Assembly: GCA_001643675.2 (NCBI GenBank)
Contig: LSRY02000031.1
Span: 248,001 to 312,000 of the forward strand
Direction of reading: 5' to 3'
DNA from: Monocercomonoides exilis PA203
Lineage: Eukaryota; Protista; Preaxostyla
Length of the DNA: 64,000 nt
The first letter of the stretch is position 1. Every line of letters begins with the position of its first letter. Below the pieces are notes generated by a model. That model saw only the letters and a program-made list of their open reading frames with translations, searched no databases and was not told where the DNA came from. Positions 48,601-63,055 of the stretch are shown here, one piece after another. The translations under genes and the position numbers were made by a program.

Positions 48601-50585
48601 ACAATCCTTCGATTGAGAAATATCCATCAGCGAGAAGAAACATTATTTGTTCTGATTCTGCCTCATTGGCTATTTCCAGTTTGAAAGGAGGAGATGGGGT
48701 TAAAGATAATTCATCACTTTGGATTCTGAATGAAGGATGCAATTTAGAAGGGATTGTATCTGAAAGAGCATCTTCATTCTTCATTCCAGTTCTGGAGAGT
48801 GTTGAAGCAAAGGAAGTGGGAGAAGAAGTGGAGATTGTGTTCAAAGGGAAGGAGCTGCTGCCATGCGACTTGTCATTCATGGTTGTGAAGCAGATGGGAG
48901 AAGAAAAGCAGATTGAAAAATATGAGTTTGATATAAGTGGATATGTGTCAGAGACAGAAGTTAAAGGGAAACTGCCAAAAGAGATGATAACGGAAGCAGG
49001 AGAAGGGGTGGAGGTGAGTGTGTGCATTCAGTTTGGAGATGGCAATAATCCATCATCAACTGATTCTTTCATCCTGAAGAACAAGAGCGAATCAAAAACA
49101 AATGGAGAAGGAAAGCTTGTTGAAGGAGGAAAAGAAGGGAAATCGTATTTGTTGTTGATTGTTATTATCATGGGATTTGTTCTTCTTGTCATTATAATTG
49201 TGGCAGTGATATTGGCTGTCAGATGGAGGAAACAAAAGAGAAGGACAGAGGAATTGGAGGAGATTGTGAATGATAACATCAGAAAGGATCCAAAGCTGAT
49301 TGAGATGGTGACGATGGAGATGTCACCTGAGGAGCAGTGGAGGAGAGCAGAGAGGGAGGCAGAGAAGAAGAATGAAGAGAGGATGAAGAAGAGAGTGTAT
49401 GAGAAAAGCCTTCAGCACTTAGAATCATCAGAGCATTTGTTGAGCGAGTGTGGATCGACTGAATACATTCTGGGAAGAGACTCTGATAAGATTCCAGAAT
49501 GGATGCTGGAGAAAGTTGTAGAAGAAGAGATTCAAAAGAGATCACCATCACCATCCATCTCATCCACTTCAACAACAGACACTTCAGACACAGAATCCAC
49601 ATTTGTTCGAGGGGAAGATCTTTGTCCAACCACCTCATCGATGTCGAATCTGGTAGATGCAATGGCCTGCTCGTCTCCTCATGAAAAATTGATTGTTGAC
49701 TTGAGGGATTCGCTGTTCATGCTGCTTCATGGGAGGAACGAGAAGAAGGAGATGGCGATTGGCTCATTGAAAGAAAGAGAGCAAACAGCTGCACAGGTGT
49801 TGTTCTGGGTGGCGAATGGGGCACTCCACTCGTTTGACGAGATGGAAAACCCACTTCAGTCATTGAATAATCTGAGTCCACACATTGTTCTATTCTCGGA
49901 ACACATGGTGATCTGCATTGTGATGCACTCTGACTTATTGTCAGATGATGATTCAGATTCATCATCCATCTCTTCATCAACAGTTGTGACATCTGCCAGT
50001 GATGATGGCGATGATGATAGTGACTCTCTGTCCTCATCTGCGTTTGAGGATGAGGATGACGATTTCAAAAAGGAGTGCTTGAGGTGGAAGGCGCCAGAAC
50101 TGATGATGAAGAGCAAGATGGGAGCAACAGAAAAGTCGGTGGTGTTCTCGATTGGGATGATACTGTGGGAGTGTTTGACGCTGGAGGTGCCATTTGGGGA
50201 GTACGAGGCAGAGGTGGCAGGACAGAAGATTGTGAATGGGGAAAGGCCGATCAGCAAGACAATGCTGGGAAATAAGGCAGAGGAGGTGATTGAGTTGTTG
50301 CTGAGCCAGGAGGGATCGGAGCGGCCGAGTCTTGTTTGGGTGAAGCGGGCATGCATCCAAAAGTTCCCGAAGTGAGCAGCTGTGCTCACATTGTCTGATG
50401 CCATCGACTTCGGGACAGATGAAGATGAAGAGGAGGAAGAAGATGAAGGAGAAGACAACGACGACAACGACGAGGAGGAGGAAGAGGAGGAAGAGGAAGA
50501 AGGGGAAGAAGAAGAAGTCTCTGGAGAAGGAAAAGAAGAGAAGAGAATGAGGGAAAGCAAAAGAACAGATGGAGCGAAGTGTTGA
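42700..50585 (+). CDS. Giant single-pass receptor-like protein: beta-helix/Pmp-like Cys-rich ectodomain, TM and pseudokinase; main ORF 42942..50375 with in-frame stops at each end
   Basis: Repeated GGA(L/I), FxxC/N and CGxxxxPC motifs. TM segment YLLLIVIIMGFVLLVIIIVAVILAV followed by RWRK. Kinase C-lobe motifs RWKAPE, VVFSIGMILWECLTLEVPF and ERP. A signal-like segment lies upstream of the TAA at 42939 and an acidic tail lies beyond the TGA at 50373. Confidence 0.85.
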
Positions 50586-51106
50586 GGATTGTATCTGAAG
50601 GATAATGAGAGATGGAGAGGAAGTGGAATGTCAGCAGTAATATTTGAATGGGAAAAAATGGCATATTTTTGGAAAAGGAAGGGTGCTGGGCATAAGAGGT
50701 ATATTTGTGTGGATGATTGATAAATGGATGAAATCAATGGTTTTTGAATGTTTTGTGTGTTTTGTTTGTTTTGTATGTTTTGAATGTTTTGTTGTCTTGC
50801 ACACTTCACATGTCATTTTTATCAACACATCCCAAGTGCAATGTTATCCGTTTCTTTCCCATTGGTTCCATTTCGGCCAATGGCTATTTCCATTCAATCG
50901 CAGATATGGCAATGCATCTGGTGATTAAATGAAGGAATAAGAAAACAATGAAAGCCAGTGAGCCACACTTTTGAGGCGAAAAACGATTGAGGTGATTTAT
51001 TTGATTTTTTTCATCTGTGAAGATTCTTCGAAATGAAAGGACTCGACGAGACTTGAAAATTCAAGATGGACGGCCCATCAACGTGGTCAGAAATGTTTGG
51101 TGATGG

Positions 51107-51259
<153 letters not shown>

Positions 51260-52105
51260 GTCTGCAGCCGGATGATCAGTTGGAAAGCCAAACTCATCCA
51301 AAGAAAGAAGAAATGTCATTCAATTCTTGTTCTGAAAACATCATTCAGACACTTTTTCTTCTCATTCAGATGATATTGCATTGCTGTTGAAAAAGGAACA
51401 AATAATGATTTAAATAATGTGTGGGATCCAAAAATTAAAGTGAACATCATTGAATAACTTTTATTGAAACAAAATGACAATATTTCACACATAAGAGATG
51501 ACACATCTTTGAGAAAGGGGCTTGTGACAAATCAAAATTGAAAAAGCCAAATTGTTTGTATTTTGTATTCAAAAAAGAATGTGATCATATTCGAAAAACA
51601 AAAGTTTGTGCAAATGATGTTGAAATGAGAATATGTTGAAAAAACTGTTTTTCTCAACGGAATAGAAAAGAATCGCAATAAAGTTTGATGTGGTCATTCT
51701 TCAGAACCAATCAATAGACAAATGAAATGTTGAAAGTTTTTAACTTATGTTTGAAAGATAATGGAATTTGTAAGAGTTTTTGATGAAACACTCTTGGTTC
51801 TTGATCAAATGATTTGAGAATCCAGTATTTTTTTCAAAACAAAATGATCAAGCCAGTTCAAAGTTGAACGTGTTGATTTGTGTGAAGAAATAACATGGAA
51901 CATAGCTTTGGAAGAAGAAAAGCTTTTTGAAGAACAATAATGAGACTTTCGAAAAGTTCGAAATAAGAAATAATTAATTTATTTCAACAACATGTTTTGA
52001 TGAGACATAAATGCGCAAATATAAAAACCAGAATATCACGGAACGACAATCGCAAATGTGAAAACATTAGTGTGATTTATTAACCCGAACATTTTTAAAA
52101 ACCCG

Positions 52106-52389
<284 letters not shown>

Positions 52390-54465
52390 GGGTCAGTTAT
52401 TTATCGGGACCCTTTTTTTTATTGGGATTTTTATTTTTTGATATGAAAAATAATTAAATAAAAATTAAAAAAACACAAATGACGAATCCAATTTACATAT
52501 AACTTTTCTTTTTCCTTTTTTTCTTTCAATTACATTGATTTCTTCCTTTTCATTTTCATGATCATCATTTTTCACTTCAAATTTTCTCTTTATTGTTTTC
52601 ATTTCAACCAAAGACTCTAACTCATTATCGTCTTTTTGCTCTTCTTTTTTCATTTCTTCAGAAGAATTCTTTTCATCATCAACTTTTTCTTCTTTTTCTT
52701 CTTTTTCTTCTTTTTCTTCTTTTTCTTCTTCTTTAATTCCCAAATGTTCATACCAATCATTCAGTAGCTTCTCATCAGTAATTAATTTGCCATAGAAGTC
52801 GAATCTGTTTGAATGAGTTGAAGGTTGATATTCCGATGTTTCTGGCAGCTTCATGAGAATCGGCCCAAATTCGTTATGAAGAACTCCACTCGTTGCGAAG
52901 GCTTTTTTAATGACAGCAGGTGAGAGGGCGGTATGAATTGCTTGAGGGAGAACATCCACAAGATCTGTTCTTTTCGATGAAGATGTCGATGAAGATGGAG
53001 GTTCATATTTTGTTTGCAACTCTGTTTTCAGAACAGCGAAGACTCCTCTGTCAAGAGGCTGTGCGATATGTGTGCTGTGAGGAATGAAGGTGATGACGTC
53101 GATATTTTCTTTTTGAAATTCTCTCCAGATTGTTGGATCTGCGCGAGAAATGTGTGAGTCGATGAGAAGCAAGCAGCGAGAGTTTTCCAGTGACATGCGC
53201 TTTCTGCGATCAATTATTCCTTGAAGGAGTGTTGTAAGTGCGCTCTTTTTGAACTGATTGCAGCCCATCCAACCACTTCCGTTCGGCCAGATATCCAAAG
53301 TCTGTGACAACAGCGGCTTCATTTCATCAGGAAGACTTTTGCTAGGCCATAGAATCACAGAAGGAAGTGCAAATCCATCAGCAGCCACAGCAGCGACCAG
53401 AGTAGAATTCGCCATTTTCGGTGGTTCTTTGCGAAATCCTGGATTTTCATTTTTTGGATGAACCACGCTCAGCTTAGAATTGGTAGGAACTCTCAGTGAA
53501 GACTCATCCATATTAAATATCAGTTCTTTGCAGTATTCATTTTTTTCATGTAAGCCGTCCAGCAATGAATACCAGGGCTGCAGAACACTTTGGCACGACA
53601 CCGCAAGGCGATTAACATCAACATTTTTCGGCGAACTTTTCTTTAGCTCTGGATGGCGCTTAACAAACTGGTAAGCCGTAGCCATTGAAACGTTTTTGAA
53701 TGGAGCGTCTTCGTCGTCTGTATCATTTATTACATTTTCCATCTAATATATTTATTAGAATTATTAATTATTTAACAACAACAAACCAGTTCGCGAACTT
53801 TCCGTATAGGCAAACAGCTTCCAGATCTTGATTCAATGATTATTTCATCCAGAACAATTTGTTCTTTGTCTCCTATAACAAATTGCGGTCTTCCCACTTT
53901 TGAAACCAGCCTTTTGCTTCTCAGCGCCCGAACAGCGTTTTTGATCCTTTTTCGTGAGAATTCCATGGAGTTTATGGCGTCTGTAATCCTGACAACTCCA
54001 TCAACCACAATGCGCGCCATCCGTTCCAGCCGATTGTCAATCCTTCTGTAGTCGAAAGATTTCATTGCAGCACGTAATTTCCTTTGTCCAGCAATTCTCT
54101 TTTGTTCCACAGCAATTTTCATTTTTTTATTACGGTTATGATTTGAAATCCAATTTATTAATTTATTAATTTTAATTTTCAATTTTCATTGAAATTAAAT
54201 TTTTATTTACATTCAATACGAATTTAAATGGTTTTATACCCCTTGTTACCCACCTATTTATTTATTTTTTTCGATGGAAGGGATTAACCCCCCCATCTCC
54301 CCCCCATTGGAAATAGGTTTCGTATTCAAATGTAATTATCCTAATTTTCAGGGTTTGCTTATATACTGATAATGTTTATAAATATATAAAAAGTGGGAAT
54401 TTTAATTTTCTTTTTAAAAATTTCGGCACCGTTAAAAAAAAAAGGTCCCGATTAATAACTGACCC
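52390..54465 (-). mobile_element. Apparently intact autonomous pogo (DD35D) transposon in a (TTTA)n tract
   Basis: TA|GGGTCAGTTATTTATCGGGACCCTTTT...AAAAGGTCCCGATTAATAACTGACCC|TA, ~30-bp TIRs. Confidence 0.95.
52465..54122 (-). CDS. pogo/DDE_1 transposase, join(54122..53787,53742..52465), ~537 aa
   Basis: 44-nt phase-0 GT..AG intron. Motifs VGRP, FNMDESS, GSGWM, LLIDSH and THIAQPLD (DD35D). No stops after splicing. Confidence 0.92.
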
Positions 54466-54938
<473 letters not shown>

Positions 54939-55461
54939 TTGCCCGTTGAAACAGAAGAAATAGATGAAAAAACAAAAAAGGCAAACATTTATATATTTAT
55001 TTCACTGTTTTTATGACAGTATTAGAATTTTTTTGTCACAATTTTCGTTTTTGATGAATATCTAGGGATTTTTTAAATTTATTTTTGATCATTTGTTTTG
55101 CTCGTTTTTAATTAACTCTCTTTCTTTGTTTGTTTTTAACTATAAGGCTATAAAACAATTACAACGAAGTTTTATAATTACAAGTTTTATCTGCTTTAAA
55201 CTATTTTTTCGATTGTTTTTCGCATTTCATTGTTTTTTCAAAAAAAAGTAAATAAATATTTGAAAGTTATTGAACTTATAAATTTTTTGCATGATTGAAA
55301 CTTTTGTTAATGTATTTATAAGATTGAAATGTATTATTTTTTTATTACTGAATTCAACATTTGAATGTATAAAATAAAATGAGCATATTTTTTATGGAAA
55401 TAAATTGATTAAAAAAACTTAACAGTTTTTGACAAATTTTTGACACGGAAAACGCTTGATG

Positions 55462-58400
55462 TGGGTGATTTTTTTTGATATCATAAAAAATTCCGACGTT
55501 TGATCATAAAAATTATCATTAAGGGTGGGGTTAAATCGAAAATATTTTTGTTTTATTATGCGAAAATCTGCATTAATATATTGTTAATATAATTTGTTTG
55601 TTGATTAAAATTTGTTTCCAATTGATTTTATTTCATATTTTGTAAAAAAATAAAATATATCGAAAAAAATATCAAATCTTCTATGAACAGAACAAAACTT
55701 ATGTTTTCTGGCTTAAAAACATAATTACAATAATTACAATGCATAAATAATCAATTTCAAAAGTAAAAAATTGTCAAGGAATGTAATTGAAACAGAATAG
55801 AATAAGATAAGTTGAAATTGAAAAATATTAATTGAATTCATTAATTTAGACAATTAACAATTTAAAAAATTGAAGCAGCAACATTCGCTTCTCTTTCAAT
55901 TGTTTTGCTATCTTCTTCTTCTGAAATATGCAAAAAATTTTGTTTCATGTCAATTTAATGTTTATCATCTAAAACTACTTTTTCCAAAAATAATATATCC
56001 CATTCCCTTCACAATCCATCCATCATACACACTTTCCATATAAATTCGTTCACCCAACATGATGGTCGGACTAAGCAATGAGCTATTCTGCTTTCATTCA
56101 TTTTCAGACATTTCCACCTCCTGATCTAAAAAAAAAAATAAAAAGTATCAACAAGTCAATATTCAAATAAATGAAAATAAATAAATGCCAAACTGCCCTT
56201 CGACTGTTTTTTGTCAAACAGCTTCATTCCACGGTCATCATCATTTAAAGAATAAATCACTTCATTTCAGCATCAGAATAGTCAAATTGCAGCACGGAAT
56301 ACATCTCCACAAAATACATCGTTCATTTCACTGGAGGGTCCTTTCAGCCCGTACACATTGTGGTGGATGTCCAGAGGTGTTTTTTCTGTTTTTGGAACGA
56401 TCTACTCCTTTAATAATATTCTCAACTATCCAAAAGAAGTATTTGATGTTTATCTCATCAACGCCCTGCACATGAGGGATATGGGGCAGAGAAGAGATGA
56501 AAGAATATTATTTATAGCGGGGGGTGAGAGTTGAGTATATTTTTGAATGTTAATGTTTCGAGAAAGGTTTTTGAATGAAAGAAATTTTGAGACAAGGAGG
56601 TGGAGAAGGAACATATGGGGATTTGGAGAAAAATATGTAGTAAAAATAGAAAGAGAAAGTTGGAGATGATGAGGGATGTGTATATTGTTGAATGGAGAAA
56701 TTGGATTTTGAAGAGAAAGAAAAGAGGGCAAAGGCGGAGAAAAAAGAAGAATATTTTGAATTGTTCAAATGAAAGAGTGATATTTCTTTGTTGAGAGGAG
56801 AACATATTTTGGCAGAGACAGGGAAAGATGAAGAAAAGGAGGGGATTGATATTTTCTGATGATTTTGGGGGTTAAATGGAAGATGGAAATGGAAAGGAAA
56901 GAAAATTGAGAAATATCATCATTTTTTATTTTTGAGGGGAAAGGAGGGGAAATTACAAAAGGCAGAAACGAATTGAGGATGTCATCTTTCATCAATCAAT
57001 TTCCTTCAGCCTTCAACAAATATTACGATAACGATTGTCTTGCCATATATGAAATCAACTTTCGAATTTAATATTTGGTCCATACAACAACTTTACACAA
57101 ATTTTTCTCAACAAAATTATTATTATTCAGCAGATTTAACATTTCTGTGTCTCTTCGTCATCATCACTTTCTTAGCCTTCTTCGCTTTCTTCTGCTTCTA
57201 AGATATTTCCTCTCATTTTAACATTGTATCAGTTAATAAACTATCAAATGCTTGAAAGCTGTTCAATCAGCAGATTGATTACACCATCCAAAAATCAATT
57301 CATTCAGTTTTCCTGCTCTCAACAGTATTTTCATCGCCATTAATGCATCCTGCAGCTTCGCTGAATGTGCATTTGAACTGTTTTCCTCTTCCCCAGAGGC
57401 GCACTCCGCTCTGCTTCAGCACTTCGTACGGCTTCCGCGCTCCGGCTGTGCTTAACAGGGTGAATGAGGCGAATGGGCATCGAATGAGAAATGGCAGTGG
57501 AAGAGGGAAGGAGCTTCAAGGCACATTGCGTTAATCAGCTCGCTTTATGACACCACCAAGAAGCGAAGAGAGAGGAGAGTGCGTTCAAATGGAAAAGGCA
57601 AAGAGTGCGGATTTCAGAAGCAAATAGATCTCAGAGCAGAGGAAATGGAATCAGTGGGAAAGGCCAAAGGTGAAGACGAAGAAGAAGGAGAAAGACGAGT
57701 TTTGCCCATCGCAAATTGATTCTTTCGACACAAGGCTTGCACATGCAGCGACAGAAAGGAGGAGGAGGGACAGAGGAAGAGAAGAAGGAGGTGATGAAAA
57801 TGATGATGAACAACAGCAGACATTTTACTCGTTCAACAGCACACTCTCATCTACCCAGTTGCACATTGAAAACATCACAGCTTCATCGACATTTGTTGCT
57901 TCTTTTTCTCCCTTGCAACATGCTCAGCCATCTGTTTCTTCTGTTTTTGTTGGAACTCTACCGAAGCCACTAACTCCTTCGCCACCATCCACAGACTTCT
58001 CTTCACTCACACTAAAGTCCATTTGAGCATCCAGCCAAATCTCTTCCTCTCACTCTCATTCATCTATTTCTTCAATTTCGGTGCGTATCCCTCGTGCGAT
58101 TCTCTGGAAGAGCAGATTGGGCAATGCAAGTGTGTTGCAAGCAGCAGTTTGTCAGCGACGAGGGATGTGTTTGATCCACAGAGCATCCTTCTGAACTATG
58201 CAGCGTATGTGGCTAGCCAGGAGATTCTGGTGGGTGGTGAGAAGGAGAAGGAGTGGAAGAAGGATGAAAAGAGGAGTGCAAATGAGTTTGTGAGATATAA
58301 ATATGAAAAAGGATCGTTGTGTCTGACAGATAAATGCATCGATAATAAGAAAAATGAAGAAGAGGAAGAAGAAGATGGATTTGACAAAGACATTAGAAAG

Positions 58401-61400
58401 GCTCAGAAAAAATTGAATGGGATAAAAGGAAGAATAAGCCCGTATCGATTGAAACCACGCTTTGCTCAGCTTATCAGCCAGAAATCAAAAATCCAAGAAA
58501 TATCCAGCAGCATATTATCGAACGCGATCACTTTCTCAACGTTTCCATCTGCATACAAATCATCTTTACTCACTTCTTCTTCATTTCTCATTTCATCGCC
58601 ATCATCACCATCACCTTCTTCTTCTTCTTCCTTTTCTCTTTTCCCAACCAACCTGCTATCCATCAAGCACAGCTTAGGGCGTTCGTTCAAAGAAAAGCGG
58701 TGGAATGTGATTGAGCTGTGTGCCGGTGTTGTTTTCAGCGGTTTTTTTGTCGATAGAAGTTCCACCTTCGCTGGGCTGTGCGTTTCCTGTTGTGCAGTTA
58801 ATGGTCTGTAGCTTCGACGACATCCGCAGGCTGAGGGGACTAAACGCAATGACCCACATAGCGAACCAGAATTGTATGGAAAATTGTTATTTTTCTGTAA
58901 AATAAAATATATTTGATTAATTGTTTTATTTATTTTTATTTATCTGCACTTTCTTTTTCAAATATTTATCTTTTTTTAACTTTTTTTGTTCACTTTCATA
59001 CGATGAATTGTAATGATGGTGGACCAATGGCTATGATTATGCAATTATCCTGATTAGAAAATAAAGGTCATTTGCAGAATGATGCTGTTGCAAAGCAATT
59101 GATCAGGTTCATGAGGTTTGCCAGAAACTATTAATTGAAATTTCATTTCACAAAATTTTCTTTCTTTCTTTTCGAATTCTTTTTCTTCTTCCTTTTTACA
59201 CACACTTTTTCGCTCATTCATTTCATTATACATAAACACGCAAATATGTTCACATTCAGTTTCCGTTGGTACCCTCTTGTCTCTTCTTCTTTGACCAACA
59301 AATTCATCACCAACGGTGCAGTGTTCCACTCTGCGTTCCTTCGCCACGGCATTCTCCAGCCCATCCACCGCCTGCTGCACTCGCCGCGCGCTGAATACAG
59401 CGACAAAGCATCTTCTATTCTTCTCTCGCTGACCAGCAAGTCGTTCAAGCTGTTTGCCAGCTCGCTTGACAAAACGCTGTTTAACGAGCTGGCTGAACTG
59501 ATGTTCTCGCCACAGGCGATTGTGCTGAACAACGCGTCGAAATCATCGAGGCGCTTGCAGAAGTAAAAGGGCTGGATGAAGAAGGAGATGGTGAGGGAAA
59601 ATGAGATGGAGGATATGGTGGAAGGCCACGGAGGGGATATGAGGGAAGGGTGATGCATGAGGATGCGAAGGAGAAGAGAAACGAGAATTATAAAGAAGCG
59701 AACAACGAACCAACAGTCACGAAGGAAGAGCTGCTGCGTCATTTACAGAGCTGGGGTGTTGGGTCGAATCTTTTTGGCGTAATGGCTTCACCAACGGCGA
59801 CTGACATAGCAAAAATAATAATTGCTTGTGCTTTGCTTAATCTGTATGCAGCTGTTGGGAAAAAGAGGAACAGGAGAAGATACGGAGGATGATGATGATG
59901 AAGAGGATGAAGAAAAGAAGAGTGTCACGAAAGAGATGAAAAAAAAGAAGAAGAACATTGGTGTTCATGTCCGTCTTCTCCTCGCACACAAGGTCATTAG
60001 CCCACTTTGTCTCGACTGCGTTCTTTCCTGTACTCACCTTTGCTGTAGATTCCATTGATTGCCTCAGTACTAATTCTATGCTACGACGATCCCACCATGA
60101 CATGCTCCACCCACAGTCTGAAAAATACATGCATCTCCACCTCAGTAAAATGCAGCGGAAAACAGCCACGTCACAACATATTCCAGCGAGCACAGCAGAG
60201 CAGTTATTTCTGTGCCACCAAACGCTCTCCTCAATCTTCAGTATAACTTTCTTCTTTCAGAATCGTATTTGAAAGAGGGTTATATCAATTCTTCAACCAT
60301 TTGCTCCTTCTCCTTCATTCCCTTCCTCTTCTTCTTTTCCCAAGCTGCAACTTATCCCACAATCTGAATTCTTGCTGACTGATAACTCCACAGAACAGCA
60401 AATTGAACAGAACTTGTCTAAAAAAAATAAGGAGTCGATGAAGTGCTGACAAACGACTTTGAGAGCGAGCATGGGAGAGAGCAGTGGGATCAAAAGGGAA
60501 AGGATAAAGAATTAAGGATGAGCCAAACTCCACAAGGGAGGGAAGAACTGTGCATGCCATTGTTTAATTGCTGCTGATGCTGAGAGCAGAAGAGAGAAAA
60601 GGGGACAGATTTAAAGAAGAGCGGAAGGCCATCAATTTTGATCATCAAAGCGAGTAGCTTGTTTAGTGATAGATATTGTTGCTATAGGGAGAGATGAGAG
60701 CGATGATGGAGAGAGAGTGAAATGAGGAGGAAGCAAAAATGAAAGAAAAGGATGATCAAGAGAAAGAGGAAGATGATGATGAAAGAGGGAAAGAAATGGC
60801 ATAAACAAAAAACGAATGATGGTTGAGACGAATTTAATGATAATTTCAACACATAAGCTAAAAGAGCAGGAACTTAAGAAAAATACGCAGTTAACGAAAG
60901 GAGAATTTAAAAATATCGTGTAGAAATGATAGGAAACGATGTAGTGAATCGAGAAAAAAAAAACTGTATTTTTCATAAAGAACAAAAAGATAAGTTACGA
61001 AAATGATTCAATTGCTCTTATTGACTGCAGTTATTAAAATAGCACAATCTTCGTTTGCCGAATCTGTTGAGTTGTTCAGCAGACACGGTAATTTTTTGAT
61101 GAGGCTTCACCTCGATTAATGAAAAGCACATTTCTTTTTTTAACGGAAATAATAAAAATTCACATATCTGTTTCATTTTTTTAGTTCTTTATATTTTTTC
61201 CCTTTTATTAGCTTTGTTGAGCAAGTTAAGAATATTTTTTTGTCTTTTTGATGAGTTTTGTTGGTTTAACTTTATTTATTTTAGGTTAATTTTTATTTAA
61301 CTTGATCAAAAAAATTCTTTTCAACAAAAACATTAAAAAGGTATTTTTTTTTTTCATATTAATAAGTAAAACTAATATATATTACAGAAATAAAAGCTAA

Positions 61401-61504
61401 ATACTTGCAAAAAATCAATTTTATTATTTGATCAATAAATACCACAATAAATTTTATTTTTTCGATTTTTGATCTTTTTTCATGATTTCAAAAAAAATCA
61501 CCCA
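55462..61504. mobile_element. Candidate 6-kb non-autonomous (Pack-type) TIR element enclosing decayed gene fragments
   Basis: Inward-facing 29-bp inverted repeats TGGGTGATTTTTTTTGA(T/A)ATCAT(A/G)AAAAA with 2 mismatches, of the same TIR type as MITE 23201..23458. TG flanks both sides. Confidence 0.45.
57100..60900 (+). pseudogene. Fragmented host-like gene (helical, Ser/Glu-rich)
   Basis: Successive short + strand ORFs (57670, 58023, 59135, 59650, 59822) have coding-like composition and are broken by stops and frameshifts. An AT-rich intron-like gap lies at ~58875-59057. Confidence 0.45.
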
Positions 61505-61520
61505 TGTTATCATTCTTCTT

Positions 61521-62972
61521 GGCAATTTTCTGAAGATATGGGAACGTCTGGAATATGTTAATTTATGTTTTTAATGATTTATTATTAATTATTATTCAAT
61601 TATTATCTCCTAAAAACACGCGGAAAGAGGTCAAAAAAAATTTTTTTTGTTTTTTTTGAAAAAAGTTCATTTTCTTGGATTAATGGGTTTGATCATACAT
61701 TCATCAAATGTATTTATCAATAAGAATGTTCACAAAAACACCTATTTATAAACTCAAAGATACATTTTCTGATGAAATGGGTGCATGGAAATGGTATTTC
61801 GAAAATGTGCTTGAAGGAGAAGCTCCAGAATGCAGACATGATAAATGCAAAATGATATTTTCATCCAGAGAAAAATATTTCAAATATTGGAAGTGCGAAA
61901 AATGTGGTAGAAAACAATCAGCTTTTAAATAAATGTCTTTGGAGAATAAGAAAATACCACTGAGAAAGTTTTTGATGATTGTTTTATTCTATTTCATTGA
62001 AATATCAGCCACACACATTTGTGAACTGCTTGGAATAAGTGAAAACACAATTCATTCTTGGACGAGTGTTGTTTCAGTCAGATGCACATCAATATGGAAC
62101 AAAAATCAAGCTTTCATTGGAGGACAGGGAAGAATTGCGGAGATCGAAGAAGATGTTTGGGGATGTAGAAAGGATGGGCGAGGGAAAAAGAAGAGGCAAA
62201 TTTGGATATTTGGAGCTGTGGAAAGGAAACCAGAGGGATGTGCGGGGAAGAACTTCGTGATGATCGTGCCAAATAGAAAGGCTGAGACATTGGTTTTAAT
62301 AATATAAGCCAAAAATCTTCCTGGAACTCGGATCATGAGCGATGAATGAAAGGCTTATGCCAGATTGAAAGATTATGTTCACGCTCATGACACTGTCTGT
62401 CACAAACGAGAATTCAAAAACAAAATAATTCATTTCGGCACAAACACTGTCGAAGGTTTGTGGATGTATTTACGGAAATTTTTTCCAAGAACAGGATGCA
62501 GAGAAAAGTATCTTTGTGATTTTTTGTCTTCGTGGCCAGTTAAAAAAATCTTATGAATGCAATTTGAGGATCTTATAAAGGAAATCGTCTTCGATTGAAC
62601 TGAAAAATGAAATGAATAGGATGAATGAAAAAGTGAAGAAAGTGAATCGACAGAATCAGAGCTAGAATCTGATATATAAGATGAAAATGATATTCTTTAA
62701 ATAACAGAATTTTAAGAATCAGATTCACTAAAAGCTGGTAACGGTGCAAATGCATCAGAACTTGAACCCATGGAAGTTGATTAATCATTTTTTAAATTCT
62801 TATGTTATAAAATTCATTCACCCATTTTTCCTCGATTTTTTATTTTTTGTTTTTGACTTTTTTGTCAACTTCCGCACATCATTAACGAATGCAAAAATGA
62901 TATCTATCAAAAAGTTAACTCACATATTTATTTAATAGAAAAAAGGCCATTCCCATATATTGCTATCTTGCC
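61521..62972 (+). mobile_element. Merlin (IS1595-superfamily) DNA transposon relic
   Basis: Imperfect TIRs GGCAA...ATATGGGAA and TTCCCATAT...TTGCC. The 8-bp flanks TTCTTCTT and TTTTTCTA may be a decayed TSD. Confidence 0.65.
61708..62556 (+). pseudogene. Merlin/IS1595-type transposase pseudogene
   Basis: Zn-ribbon CRHDKC...WKCEKC, then IGGQGRIAEIEE, WIFGAVER, RKAETL, PGTRIMSDE*KAY, HDTVCH and TNTVEGLW. There are several in-frame stops, and the first catalytic Asp reads Glu. Confidence 0.88.
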
Positions 62973-63055
62973 TTTTTCTATAATTGTATATATCAATAAA
63001 CAGATAATTAATATTAGTTCGAATGAATACTTCACTTATTTAATTTTATTTTTTT

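Noticed and set aside
27974-50375. Stop-codon reassignment or readthrough, suggested by repeated in-frame TGA/TAA (27974, 31533, 32304, 33610, 34441, 42939, 50373)
   Set aside because: Both TGA and TAA are involved, and they occur only in transposons or likely pseudogenes that also have frameshifts. Host genes here run thousands of codons without internal stops and end in TGA, TAA or TAG. Nonsense mutation is the simpler explanation.
43205-50809. Minus-strand ORFs opposite the giant receptor gene
   Set aside because: They are antisense shadows with no independent motifs.
55860-56460. Short minus-strand coding-like fragments (PLDIHHNVYGLKGP..., HCLVRPSCWVNEFIWKVC...)
   Set aside because: They have multiple stops and no recognisable domain, so they are noted only as possible cargo of the candidate Pack element.
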